Shown here: one piece after another, positions 26,906 to 36,358 of the stretch
How positions within the stretch are numbered: the stretch's first letter is position 1
Layout of the letters: every line of letters starts with the position of its first letter
NCBI GenBank assembly: GCA_964592515.1
Contig: CAZQFG010000003.1
Location: 1-42,391, forward strand
Length of the DNA stretch: 42,391 bases
Direction of reading: 5' to 3'
Source of the DNA: an uncultured Chryseobacterium sp.
GTDB taxonomy: Bacteria > Bacteroidota > Bacteroidia > Flavobacteriales_F > PHOS-HE28
Translations under genes and position numbers: made by a program
Notes under the pieces: model-generated
Told to the model about the DNA's origin: nothing
The model's database searches: none
Seen by the model: only the letters and a program-made list of their open reading frames with translations

Positions 26906-28051
26906 ATGTTCCGCACGATCTCCTTGGGATTCATTTTCAGCGTTAGTTGGTCGCATGCGCAAACCGGTTTCGTCACATCCTTTGGTGATGACGGTGTTCA
27001 GGATGGTATTGGTACTGTGGCCACTGCGGAAGGCTTCCTGGTGGTAAGCCGGTCACACCAAGGCGTAACTGGAAGACCGGGCATACTACTGTTCATGCGA
27101 ACGGAGAACGGTCAGGCCTCGTCGGAGATCGAGCTCCCGTTGGACGGTGCGATATTTCCCCAAGCCGTGGCAGCGGACCAGTCCGGTGGCTGTTTCATTG
27201 CAGGAAGCATCATCGCCACAGGCGCGCATGAACACGATGGTCTCTTGATCCATCTTGGACCTGACGGCACAGTGCTTTGGACAAGTATTGCTCCCGTAGC
27301 GGGTGATGAACTGTACTTATCGCTTTCCGGAACGCCGGATGGCGGAGCCGTGGTAAGCGGAGTTGTAGGCACGGCAGATGGGCACGATGGCCTCCTTGCC
27401 AGATTCAATGGAACAGGAACGCTGCTTTGGTCCGTCACCACGGGCTTCCCTCTGGACGATGAACTGGTGGGGGTGACGGCCACGACAGATGCGTTGATGG
27501 CCACCGGTCGCCTGATGAACCCTGGCGGGACCAGTGATCTGCTTGTTGTCAAGGCGGACCTTGGCACTGGTGTTCTTTTATGGACCAACACGGTAGGTGG
27601 CCCTTCGAATGAAATGGGGCATGCCGTGGTCTCCAATACGGACGGAACTTGTTTTGCCGCAGGAACCACCATCAGCTATGGCCCGGTCAGTCCAAGTGGT
27701 GCTTCTCTTGAGCACATCTTCATTGTTGCGTTCGATCAGGCCGGCGACACGCTCTGGACCCGCGTTCACGGGGACCCCATGCGCAACAGGTCCATGGCAG
27801 GTATGGCGCGCACACCCGACGGGGACCTCTTGATCGCCGGTAAGCGCTATTTGACGGGCACCTCGGATGCCATGGTGCTGCGCTTCAATACGAGCGGCGA
27901 TCTGGTCTGGGAACGCGTGTTCGACCTTGGCATACAAGAGCAACTGAAAGGCATCACGGCACTTCCCGATGGCTTCGTTACTGCCGGGGGCTGTTTTCAG
28001 GACCTAGGCCGCCAGGTCCTTCTGCTTCGCCGGGACGCCAACGGGTTCTGA
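26906..28051 (+). CDS. Hypothetical secreted beta-propeller repeat protein
   Basis: Signal peptide ending SHAQ; repeated D-x-L-L-x-x-x-x-x-x-G-x-x-L-W / GGPSNEMG blades. Confidence 0.75.
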   Translation: MFRTISLGFIFSVSWSHAQTGFVTSFGDDGVQDGIGTVATAEGFLVVSRSHQGVTGRPGILLFMRTENGQASSEIELPLDGAIFPQAVAADQSGGCFIAGSIIATGAHEHDGLLIHLGPDGTVLWTSIAPVAGDELYLSLSGTPDGGAVVSGVVGTADGHDGLLARFNGTGTLLWSVTTGFPLDDELVGVTATTDALMATGRLMNPGGTSDLLVVKADLGTGVLLWTNTVGGPSNEMGHAVVSNTDGTCFAAGTTISYGPVSPSGASLEHIFIVAFDQAGDTLWTRVHGDPMRNRSMAGMARTPDGDLLIAGKRYLTGTSDAMVLRFNTSGDLVWERVFDLGIQEQLKGITALPDGFVTAGGCFQDLGRQVLLLRRDANGF

Positions 28052-28063
28052 CCCGATCAACGA

Positions 28064-31000
28064 TCAGGGCAACTGCTGGTCGCGGACCAAGGTGGGCACC
28101 ACTCCCCCGATGTTCTGAAGGATGATGTCCCGATCGTTATGCTCGCCGGTGTAGCGTACAATACCATCGAGGTTCACATCACCAGTTAAGTAACCGGTCG
28201 CGGTGTTGGTCGGTACCACACCTCCGATCTGCAACAGCACCGCATCCCGGTCATTGTTATCACCGGTGTAGCTGATCATTCCGTTGCGCAAGGCGTTCCC
28301 GGCCCAAAGTCCCCGTTTGCCATTGGTCATTGTGGCCCGCGCCTCAACTCCATGAACCAGCGTTGCCGCCAGTGTCAGGTCAACGCCTACCACGTTGGCG
28401 CCCAATTGCAGGGAATCGGCGGTCATGACACCCAGATGGTTCCGATGACGCACGGCCACGAAATAGCGGTCCGCTGCCACATTGAACAAGAGCCGCGGCT
28501 GGCCGTCCACACCGACCACGTCGCCGTCACGCTCAAGTAATGCGGCACGGGTGGCCACGATCTGCGATGGGCTGTTCCGGTTGCGCAATTCCACCAGCAC
28601 CCAATCCACCACGGCGTTCTTTCCGGTCTGTGCCAATCGTGATGCATTGGTGCTCTCCCCTCCTCCGCCCACAATGGTGAAACCAGCTGCAGTGAAGGGC
28701 TCGACCAAAGGCACCAGACCGGCGGTCCGCAGGTCGTCCTTCATCATGTTCAACGCACCATCCCACGGCCCTTGAAGTGCGGTCCTTATTCGCACGCTTG
28801 GCTGACAATCCTGCCAACGAACAAGTGCGGTGCCTGGCACCACTACGCGGTTGCTGTTGGTCGGCGTTTGCCAACGCACGGCGAAATGGTCGCTACTACT
28901 GCCTTCCTTGTGCAAGAGTTCAACGTAGTAATAGCGCCCGGCCACCATGGCAATGGGCGCGCTCACTTGCGTGGGATACTTGTTGTACTCGGTCTCATTC
29001 GTAAACCCGGTCACACTGCAAATGGCCTGCATGAACACCGGCTCGGCGTTCGGGCTCAGGTAAAGGATGCTTTGATCATCACTGGTCAGCGTAAAGGTGT
29101 AGTTGCCGGTCTGCGGTACCACGATGTAGCCCCGAACGCGGGTACCGTAGCTGTTGCCGAACGCTGTGGGACCTTGGAAACTGGTGATGATGTTGCTGCC
29201 GGAAGGGGAATTCGGATAATTGGCGTTCGCCGTCAGGTCGCTGACCAAACTGCCACTCACCCCGTTCCAGAATTGCCGGAGTAATCCGCCGGAAGCACCC
29301 ACGCATTGGGGTGGCAGGTAGGTGTATACACTGATCGTGCGCTGTGCCTGTCCGGTAAGCCCATCGTTGTCCGTCACCGTGAGCGTCACGATGTGATCGC
29401 CCGATTCCGTGAAGGTCTTCGACGGTGCCACGGAAGTAGCGAAGGTCCCATCACCGAAATCCCAATGGTAAGAGACGATGGTCCCGGGATCGAAGGACGA
29501 GGAGCCATCGAACTGCACGGATACCGGACCTGCTCCCGCCACGGTATTGCTGGTGATCACTGCGGTCGGGGCGATGGCGTAACAGCGGGGATCCAATCTG
29601 CGCTGGACCGTGGTGCTAAGCCCACCCGCGTCGGTGACGGTAAGGGAGATGATGTAGTAGTAGGTCTCTCCATCACAACCGACCCCGCTGATCACCGTGC
29701 TGGTGCTCACGTTCGGGTCCAGCGCCTCCGGGTGCGTGTGGGTATTGTGGTGCAATGTGGTCCTCCAACCATAGGTCAGCTGGCCGGGACCGTGTTCCAG
29801 GTCGCTTACGGATGCCTGTAATTGATACACCGTATCCACGCCCACCGGGAAGTAGCCATCCGCAGGAATGCTCGTGATCTGGACCGATGGTGGCGTATTG
29901 TTAACCGAAACCAACAAGGTGGTGGAATTGGTCTGGCCTTGGTTGTCGGTCACCGTCAGGGTCACCGTATAGCTCGTAGGGACACCGGGCGGTGCGTTGA
30001 ACACATGCGAAGGCGACACTGCATTGGACACCGGTGAACCATCGCCGAAGTTCCAACTGTAGGTGATGGCACCGTTCTCCGGATCGCTGCTACCTGCACC
30101 GTTGAACGATACGGACAATGGACCCGGGCCATACTGAACGTTCTGCGTGGCCACCGCAACCGGTGGAAGGTTAACGGCAAGTGTGTAGCAGATGCGACGT
30201 ATTTGTGAACTGCTGTAGCTGATGTACGAAACACAGCCATCAGGCCCTGCACCCAACCATGTGATGGCCCCGAGCCCTGATGCGAAATCATGCACGCTCA
30301 CGGGTTCATCCTGTGCATCGAACATGAAACGACGGATCCAACCACCGGCATAATCACCATGGAACGAACTGTTCTGGTAGCCCGGGGGAAGGCTCTGTCC
30401 GCTCATCCACGGTCCTGCAATGGCCGCGTACCCACCGAAACGAGGCCCCGGCACGGGTGAAAGTGGCGAATCGAGGTCGTAGGTGACCGCCGTGTTGCCA
30501 GAGAACCCACCACAACGGGATTGGTTACCATGGCGCCAATCAATTGCTGGCCGGGAATGGAAGAACTTCGTGATGCTGTTCGGGATCTGAACAGCGCTGT
30601 TGCAGGGGTTTGGGTGTCCGTTCAGATGCACGGGCGTATCCTGTTTCAACAGGTCCTGGAACCGCAGGTTCTGTAGTGTGCATCCCACTCCGTCATACAA
30701 TGGATTGGAGACATCCAGGTTCGTGGTGAGCGCCGCCATGTATCCGTTGTTCGGCTCCAGTCCCTCGAAGATGGGCCAGCCGAAGTTCATTCCTCCTTCG
30801 TAGCACACATCAAGCTCTTCCCAAACATTCCATTGAACATCACCAATGAACACGGTACCCGGATCACCAGCAGCCGGGTCGGTGCTACCGCTTCCGGTCT
30901 TGAACGTGCTTCGGTAAGGATTGCGTAATCCCAACCCCCAAACGCGTGACCTTGCCGCGCGTGGTGCCTGTGGGTCGAACCATGGATTGCTGGGCACCCC

Positions 31001-31795
31001 ATCACCGGTGTTCGGATCAAGGCGCAACACCTTGCCATTGTGGCAATCGACCAACTGGGACCTGAAGGCTCCCACGTTCTCTGCAGGGCGCAGGATACCG
31101 TCTGTCAAAGCCTGTGACCAATAGGTATCGCCACTGCTGCCCGCATCCACCACATTGTAGCTCGCCCCATCGCCGGTGGTGGCCAACAGGGTGCCGTCCG
31201 TACCGAACATCAACGAACCCGTGCTGTGCGATTCATGAAGGAGGGGTATCCCGGTCTGACGCGTTTCGCCCACCAGGACATAACGGCTTGCGGGGTCCAC
31301 CGTATTGAAGTTCGGACCAAGGGCCGTGTAGCGCGTGATGCGCATGATCGTGGCCGCATAATATTCGTTCGTGGTGGCGCTGTAGTTGGGTGTACCGAAT
31401 TGCATCAAGTGGTGCCTGTCCACGGCATACATCAGGTAAATACGGCCATTGGAGAGGAAGGCCGGATCGAGCGCGAAACCAAGGCAACCATGGTCGCGCC
31501 AGTTGCCCACCTCCGCACTGATGTCGATCAACGGGTTTGGCAAGCGTACCCCGTTCTCCACGATCCACACCATTCCACGTTTCTCCCACACATACATCCT
31601 GCCGTTCGCGTCCCAAGCGGCCCCCACAGGCTCGCTCCAACCGCCCATCACCAATGCGTCACTGAATCCGGCAGGTACCGTTTGTCCGTGTATTGATGAA
31701 GGGATCATCAGCGCAGCGCTGCAAGCCAGGATAAGCACTTGCCGGGCCTTGGAGACCACGATTTTGATCGCTTTGAACGGCTTCGTACTGGACAT
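28064..31795 (-). CDS. Large secreted multidomain protein: glucose/sorbosone dehydrogenase + 2 PKD + PA14 + C-terminal domain with dockerin-like loop
   Basis: Signal peptide; FALDPAF, GLRNPYR, NFGWPIFEG; two WxFGDG PKD motifs; NSYGTRVRGYI..PQTGNYTFTLTSDD (PA14); VDWVLVELR...GDVNLDGIVRY...NDRD. Confidence 0.88.
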   Translation of the reverse strand: MSSTKPFKAIKIVVSKARQVLILACSAALMIPSSIHGQTVPAGFSDALVMGGWSEPVGAAWDANGRMYVWEKRGMVWIVENGVRLPNPLIDISAEVGNWRDHGCLGFALDPAFLSNGRIYLMYAVDRHHLMQFGTPNYSATTNEYYAATIMRITRYTALGPNFNTVDPASRYVLVGETRQTGIPLLHESHSTGSLMFGTDGTLLATTGDGASYNVVDAGSSGDTYWSQALTDGILRPAENVGAFRSQLVDCHNGKVLRLDPNTGDGVPSNPWFDPQAPRAARSRVWGLGLRNPYRSTFKTGSGSTDPAAGDPGTVFIGDVQWNVWEELDVCYEGGMNFGWPIFEGLEPNNGYMAALTTNLDVSNPLYDGVGCTLQNLRFQDLLKQDTPVHLNGHPNPCNSAVQIPNSITKFFHSRPAIDWRHGNQSRCGGFSGNTAVTYDLDSPLSPVPGPRFGGYAAIAGPWMSGQSLPPGYQNSSFHGDYAGGWIRRFMFDAQDEPVSVHDFASGLGAITWLGAGPDGCVSYISYSSSQIRRICYTLAVNLPPVAVATQNVQYGPGPLSVSFNGAGSSDPENGAITYSWNFGDGSPVSNAVSPSHVFNAPPGVPTSYTVTLTVTDNQGQTNSTTLLVSVNNTPPSVQITSIPADGYFPVGVDTVYQLQASVSDLEHGPGQLTYGWRTTLHHNTHTHPEALDPNVSTSTVISGVGCDGETYYYIISLTVTDAGGLSTTVQRRLDPRCYAIAPTAVITSNTVAGAGPVSVQFDGSSSFDPGTIVSYHWDFGDGTFATSVAPSKTFTESGDHIVTLTVTDNDGLTGQAQRTISVYTYLPPQCVGASGGLLRQFWNGVSGSLVSDLTANANYPNSPSGSNIITSFQGPTAFGNSYGTRVRGYIVVPQTGNYTFTLTSDDQSILYLSPNAEPVFMQAICSVTGFTNETEYNKYPTQVSAPIAMVAGRYYYVELLHKEGSSSDHFAVRWQTPTNSNRVVVPGTALVRWQDCQPSVRIRTALQGPWDGALNMMKDDLRTAGLVPLVEPFTAAGFTIVGGGGESTNASRLAQTGKNAVVDWVLVELRNRNSPSQIVATRAALLERDGDVVGVDGQPRLLFNVAADRYFVAVRHRNHLGVMTADSLQLGANVVGVDLTLAATLVHGVEARATMTNGKRGLWAGNALRNGMISYTGDNNDRDAVLLQIGGVVPTNTATGYLTGDVNLDGIVRYTGEHNDRDIILQNIGGVVPTLVRDQQLP

Positions 31796-32057
31796 GGCGG
31801 CTCAATTAGGGGCGTCAAGCTACTTTATCCGTCGAGCCTTGTCAATAATTGGTCGGCAATAAACACGCCTCCGTCGACGATCGATCGCTCACGAGGAAAC
31901 GACGAACGTAAGCCAAGCTGTTCAGTTGGATGTCACACGCTCAAACCCGTCAGGCCGTGCGTTGAAGTAGGCCCTAAACAACGGTCAGGTGGCAACCAAG
32001 TGGAGGTTCGCATGGAAGTGACCTCGGATACGGAGAGCCTCTTTGGATCCTTCGACC

Positions 32058-32723
32058 CTACGGCAGCCATGCTGGCATTGACCGGACCAACCGCCTGTCC
32101 AGCCAAGGACGGGCAGCAAAGCTCCCTTCATAGAGCCATCGCCACATGAGAATGGCCGTCACCGTACCCACTGCTGCTCCGGCAAGAATATCTTCCGTGA
32201 AGTGCTGCGATAGATAGACACGCGAAAAAGCCATCAGCGAAGCTGCGATGGATAAGACAACCGCCGATCGTGGCCTCGCCCAGATAACGGCCAACGCAAG
32301 GCACATGCTGAAGGCCGCTGTGGAATGGCCGCTCGGGAAGCTGAAGTGATGGTGCATTTCGATGCCTTGCACCCAGTGCATGTCGGTCAGTTGTTCCCGG
32401 AACATGAACGGACGGTCCACATGATCGAACACCTGCCGCTTGAGCAATTGGGCTACGATCGCGCTCAAACCACAGCTCAGCCCCATCATCATGAAGGAGC
32501 GCAATGTGCCGAAGAACAGGAAGAGAAGCGCTATTGCAGTGGGCACGAGGCCATCGGCCCCGTGCGTGATGAAACGGAAGAAGAGATCGGCCAGGTAAGC
32601 ATGGTGCTGATTGATGGCGCTGTGCAGCTCCAATTGGTCCGTGAGCAGCGTGGCGATCAGGGCTGGAACGGCGAACACCAAGGCCACCAACAGGAATAGC
32701 AATACGCTGCGACCACGGGACAT
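32058..32723 (-). CDS. PAP2-family membrane phosphatase
   Basis: LK.....RP, SFPSGHS, SRVYLSQHF.ED motifs; TM helices. Confidence 0.92.
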   Translation of the reverse strand: MSRGRSVLLFLLVALVFAVPALIATLLTDQLELHSAINQHHAYLADLFFRFITHGADGLVPTAIALLFLFFGTLRSFMMMGLSCGLSAIVAQLLKRQVFDHVDRPFMFREQLTDMHWVQGIEMHHHFSFPSGHSTAAFSMCLALAVIWARPRSAVVLSIAASLMAFSRVYLSQHFTEDILAGAAVGTVTAILMWRWLYEGSFAARPWLDRRLVRSMPAWLP

Positions 32724-32897
32724 GCGGCGAAGCTAAGCGCTAACACTTCGCACGCATGGCGACCTGAGCGATGTCACCCTTCACCTTTTGTTCGCGAACG
32801 ATCGATCGTGGAGCATTTCGCATGCACATACCACGATCCCGGTATTGGGTCCGGCGTTGGGAGCGTGGAGCTTTGGCATGCATCAAAACGAACGAAC

Positions 32898-33077
32898 ATG
32901 ACCACCATCGGTAAGCGTTTCCTGCAGCGCACCAATCATCCCGAACAACAAGGCCGCATCCTCGACTCGCTCACACGCACCATCCTCAATTCGGTGCTGC
33001 AGGCAGAGCGGGGCCACAGTCTCGACGCCTATCTGCGGGCCATGCAGTTGGACAAGAAGGGAATGACGGGGCGTTGA
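32898..33077 (+). CDS. Small hypothetical protein (59 aa)
   Basis: ATG preceded by an A-rich tract (CAAAACGAACGAAC); fills the gap before thpR; predicted helical; no family recognised. Confidence 0.5.
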   Translation: MTTIGKRFLQRTNHPEQQGRILDSLTRTILNSVLQAERGHSLDAYLRAMQLDKKGMTGR

Positions 33078-33104
33078 ACCCTGTCTGTGCGAACTTCGCG
33101 GCAC

Positions 33105-33677
33105 ATGTCCGCAATGGAACGCATCCGCTTGTTCATTGGCACGCGTGTGCCGGAGAACGTGAGGCCGCTGATCCGCACTTTGGCCGACCAGCAGTTCGCG
33201 CGATCCGTGTGGCGTGTGGCCCCGGAGCAACAATGGCATATTACCGCCCTGTTCGTTGGGGAACGTCCAGCGAAGGATGTGCCCGGGATCAAGGATGCAG
33301 TGGAACGCATCGCTTCGGATACTCCGCAGTTCCAATTACAGAAAGGACAGCTATTGACCATGCCCGAGGAGGGGCCTTCGATGCTCTGGGTGCGTTTCGA
33401 TCCGCATATGGAACTGACACGTCTTCACCATCGGCTGGCAGAGGCACTGGCCATGCGACCAAGCCACCACGTGCCCTATTGGCCGCACATTACGCTGGCC
33501 CGTTCGCGCGGCAAAGCTGATGTTCTGCGGGACAACCCTATGGTATTGCCCGAGCTGTTCCTCGCGGACCTGACCTTGTTCCGTTCGGAACCGGGACCGA
33601 CAGGCACCATTCATACACCGTTGTTCACCTGGCCGCTGGGCCGAACAGGTCCAACTGCCCCTGTGGCGGCGGACTAA
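33105..33677 (+). CDS. thpR: RNA 2',3'-cyclic phosphodiesterase (2H phosphoesterase, 2'-5' RNA ligase family)
   Basis: RLFIG, two HxT motifs (WHITALFVG, PHITLAR), LFRS. Confidence 0.85.
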   Translation: MSAMERIRLFIGTRVPENVRPLIRTLADQQFARSVWRVAPEQQWHITALFVGERPAKDVPGIKDAVERIASDTPQFQLQKGQLLTMPEEGPSMLWVRFDPHMELTRLHHRLAEALAMRPSHHVPYWPHITLARSRGKADVLRDNPMVLPELFLADLTLFRSEPGPTGTIHTPLFTWPLGRTGPTAPVAAD

Positions 33678-34704
33678 AGGCCGTGCGGTCCAGTTCGGGG
33701 ACCGAACGCCCCTCGAAATAGCGGCGTTTCATCACATTGAACAGCCTGGCGATATTGGTGGCGAACACGCCTTCGCCACGCATCCTTCTACCTGCCTCGG
33801 AATCGCTCATGCGTCCACCGTGCAGTTCCTTGGTCTGCGCCATGATCTTGGCGGCACGGTCCGGATAGTGGGTATGCAGCCAGCCCTCGAACACCTCGCC
33901 CACAGCGCCATTGGTGCGCAATACCGTATAACCAGCGTCTAAAGCGCCAGCATCGGCTGCCGAGCGCAACAGCAACGGGACCTCAGGCTCATTCAATGCG
34001 GGAATGATGGGGGCGATCATGACGAAGACCGGAACGCCGGCATTGCGCAATGCCTCAATGGCCTTCAGCCGGTTGAGACCACTGCTGGTGCGTGGCTCCA
34101 ACCGACGCCGCAGGTCCTCGTTAAGCGTTGTGAGGCTGATGGCCACGGAGACCAAGCGTTCCGCCGCCATGTCGCGCAGGAGGTCGATGTCACGTAGCAC
34201 CAAGGCGTTCTTGGTGATCAGTCCAGCGGGATGCTTGTAGCGCCACAGCACTTCGAGCAGGGCCCGTGTCAGCCGCTCCTTCCGCTCAATGGGCTGGTAA
34301 GGGTCGGTGGCGCCGGATAGCACAATGGGGTCCACTAGCCACGTGGGGCGGCGGAGGGTCTTTTCCAACAGTTCAGGGGCGGTGCGCTTCACCAGCACCA
34401 CCCGCTCAAAATCGAGGCCCGCTCCGTAGCCCCAATACTCGTGAGTAGGTCGGGCATAGCAATAGCTGCAGCCATGTTCGCAGCCTTGGTACGGATTGAG
34501 GCTCCAGCGGAACGGCAGGTCAGGCGAATCCACCCGGTTCACAATGGTGCGCGCATGGGTCTCGATGTACTTCGTGGCCTGCCCTTGTTCATCTATCGGC
34601 TCGTCGATGGCCTCCCAGTGCATAGCGGCATAGTGGCGCTCGGCGAACCGGTTCTGCACCTGGCCACCTGCGCCCCTGCCCTTGATGGGTTTTCCATCGA
34701 TCAT
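33625..34704 (-). CDS. PA0069/Rv2578c-family radical SAM protein
   Basis: KGRGA, SPDLPF..SLNPYQGCEHGCSYCYARPTHEY.G..AGLDFE, TDPYQPIE, LEPR, QLDLF end. Confidence 0.92.
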   Translation of the reverse strand: MIDGKPIKGRGAGGQVQNRFAERHYAAMHWEAIDEPIDEQGQATKYIETHARTIVNRVDSPDLPFRWSLNPYQGCEHGCSYCYARPTHEYWGYGAGLDFERVVLVKRTAPELLEKTLRRPTWLVDPIVLSGATDPYQPIERKERLTRALLEVLWRYKHPAGLITKNALVLRDIDLLRDMAAERLVSVAISLTTLNEDLRRRLEPRTSSGLNRLKAIEALRNAGVPVFVMIAPIIPALNEPEVPLLLRSAADAGALDAGYTVLRTNGAVGEVFEGWLHTHYPDRAAKIMAQTKELHGGRMSDSEAGRRMRGEGVFATNIARLFNVMKRRYFEGRSVPELDRTAFSPPPQGQLDLFGPAAR

Positions 34705-34800
34705 GCTGCGAACAAGATAACCGCCTCCCCGTCCCTATGGCTATGCGATGACATTCCGACCGAACGCGTTGGTGTAGTTTCGCGGCCCTCAACAACGACC

Positions 34801-35916
34801 ATGTACCGACTGCTGCCCGCACTTCCGCTCGCGATCCTGCTCACCACCGGCTGCCAGGAGAACCCCGCCTCCGCTGACACCACCACTACCACCGTGGACA
34901 GTGTTGCGGTAAAGGACTCCCTGATCCATCCCGATGAGAAGCACTTCAAGAGCCTGAAGCAGCTCACCTTCGGCGGCGACAATGCCGAAGCCTACTGGAG
35001 CTTCGATGGCAGCAAGCTCGTGTTCCAATCCACGAATCCGGCTTGGGAAGAACATTGCGACCAGATCCACGTGTTCAACCCCTTCACCGACGATCTCCGC
35101 AGCGGGAAACCGTCGCAGATCAGCATCAAGGGTGGCCGCACCACGTGTAGTTACTTCCTGCCCGGCGATAGCTTGGTGCTGTTCGCCAGCACGCACGAGG
35201 CCGGAGCCACCTGCCCTGCCGTACCAGAGCGCCGGGCCGACGGCAAGTACGTATGGCCCATCTACTCCAGCTTCGACATTTACGTGAGCGACCTGAACGG
35301 CAACATCCGGAAGCAGCTCACCAAAACGGCCGGTTACGACGCCGAAGCCACCGTTTCGCCAAAGGGTGACCGCATCGTGTTCACCAGCATGCGCGATGGC
35401 GATATGGAACTCTACACCATGAACATTGATGGCAGCGATGTGAAGCGCGTCACCAATGCTCCGGGCTACGATGGCGGTGCTTTCTTCAGCCCCGATGGCA
35501 CCAAACTGCTGTGGCGTGCCAGCCGCCCCGGCACCAAGGAGGAACTGGCCGAGTACAAGGCACTGTTGAAGGAAGGCTTGGTAAAACCCACCGATATGGA
35601 GCTCTATGTGGCCAATGCCGATGGCAGCGACATGCGCAAGGTGACCGAACTGGGCCAGGCCAACTGGGCACCCTTCTGGCACCCCAGTGGTCAGAAGATC
35701 ATCTTCGCCAGCAACCACAAGAGCCAACGCGGTTTCCCGTTCACGCTGTTCATGATCAATACCGATGGCACCGGCCTCGAGCAAGTGAGCTACGGCGACA
35801 CCTTCGATGCCTTCCCGGTGTTCAGCCCCGATGGCCGCTATCTGGTCTTCAGCAGCAACCGTAACAACCAGGGAACGCGCGAGACCAACCTCTTCCTGGC
35901 CGAATGGCAGGATTGA
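34801..35916 (+). CDS. TolB-like PD40 repeat lipoprotein
   Basis: Lipobox LLTTGC; QLTFGGDNAEAYWSFDG, GRTTCSYF, GYDAEATVSP.G, GYDGGAFFSPDG, FDAFPVFSPDG; start ATG 34801; upstream box TAGTTTCG. Confidence 0.88.
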   Translation: MYRLLPALPLAILLTTGCQENPASADTTTTTVDSVAVKDSLIHPDEKHFKSLKQLTFGGDNAEAYWSFDGSKLVFQSTNPAWEEHCDQIHVFNPFTDDLRSGKPSQISIKGGRTTCSYFLPGDSLVLFASTHEAGATCPAVPERRADGKYVWPIYSSFDIYVSDLNGNIRKQLTKTAGYDAEATVSPKGDRIVFTSMRDGDMELYTMNIDGSDVKRVTNAPGYDGGAFFSPDGTKLLWRASRPGTKEELAEYKALLKEGLVKPTDMELYVANADGSDMRKVTELGQANWAPFWHPSGQKIIFASNHKSQRGFPFTLFMINTDGTGLEQVSYGDTFDAFPVFSPDGRYLVFSSNRNNQGTRETNLFLAEWQD

Positions 35917-36025
35917 GCATTCGCATCACCAGAACAGCACAGTTTACGAACAGGTCGCTGCTACGCTTGTTCACAGAGCGACCATGTTATCTATCGTGAA
36001 GCGCGAACTTCGCCAGCCGAGACCG

Positions 36026-36358
36026 ATGGGACCTGCGAAGGGAGCGAACAAAGGATGGATGGACCGCCTGAGCGAACGCTGGGGCGTGCCCCCTTCACGT
36101 GTGCTCATCATACTGCTGGTATTCGCCTGCACGGGCTTCACGGTGATGTTCCTAAAGCGTCCCATTGTGGAATGGGCCACCGGCAGCGGAGAACCATCGT
36201 GGATCTTCTCGGTGCTCTACTACGTGCTGATCCTCCCCTTCTACAACGTGGTGCTGCTGGTCTACGGAGCACTGTTCGGCCAGTTCAGCTTTTTCTGGGC
36301 CTTCGAGAAGCGGTTCTTCGGCCGACTGTTCGGTAAGCGCAAAGGTTCAGGCCAGTAA
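36026..36358 (+). CDS. DUF6787-like small membrane protein
   Basis: RLSERWGV...IILLVFACTG...LPFYNVVLLVYGALFGQFSFFWAFEKRF pattern. Confidence 0.75.
   Translation: MGPAKGANKGWMDRLSERWGVPPSRVLIILLVFACTGFTVMFLKRPIVEWATGSGEPSWIFSVLYYVLILPFYNVVLLVYGALFGQFSFFWAFEKRFFGRLFGKRKGSGQ

Noticed and set aside
31800-32057. SRP RNA or other ncRNA in the intergenic region (CCGTCAGG motif)
   Set aside because: The conserved GGAAG-AGCAG apical loop partner and a long closing helix are absent, and there is no terminator
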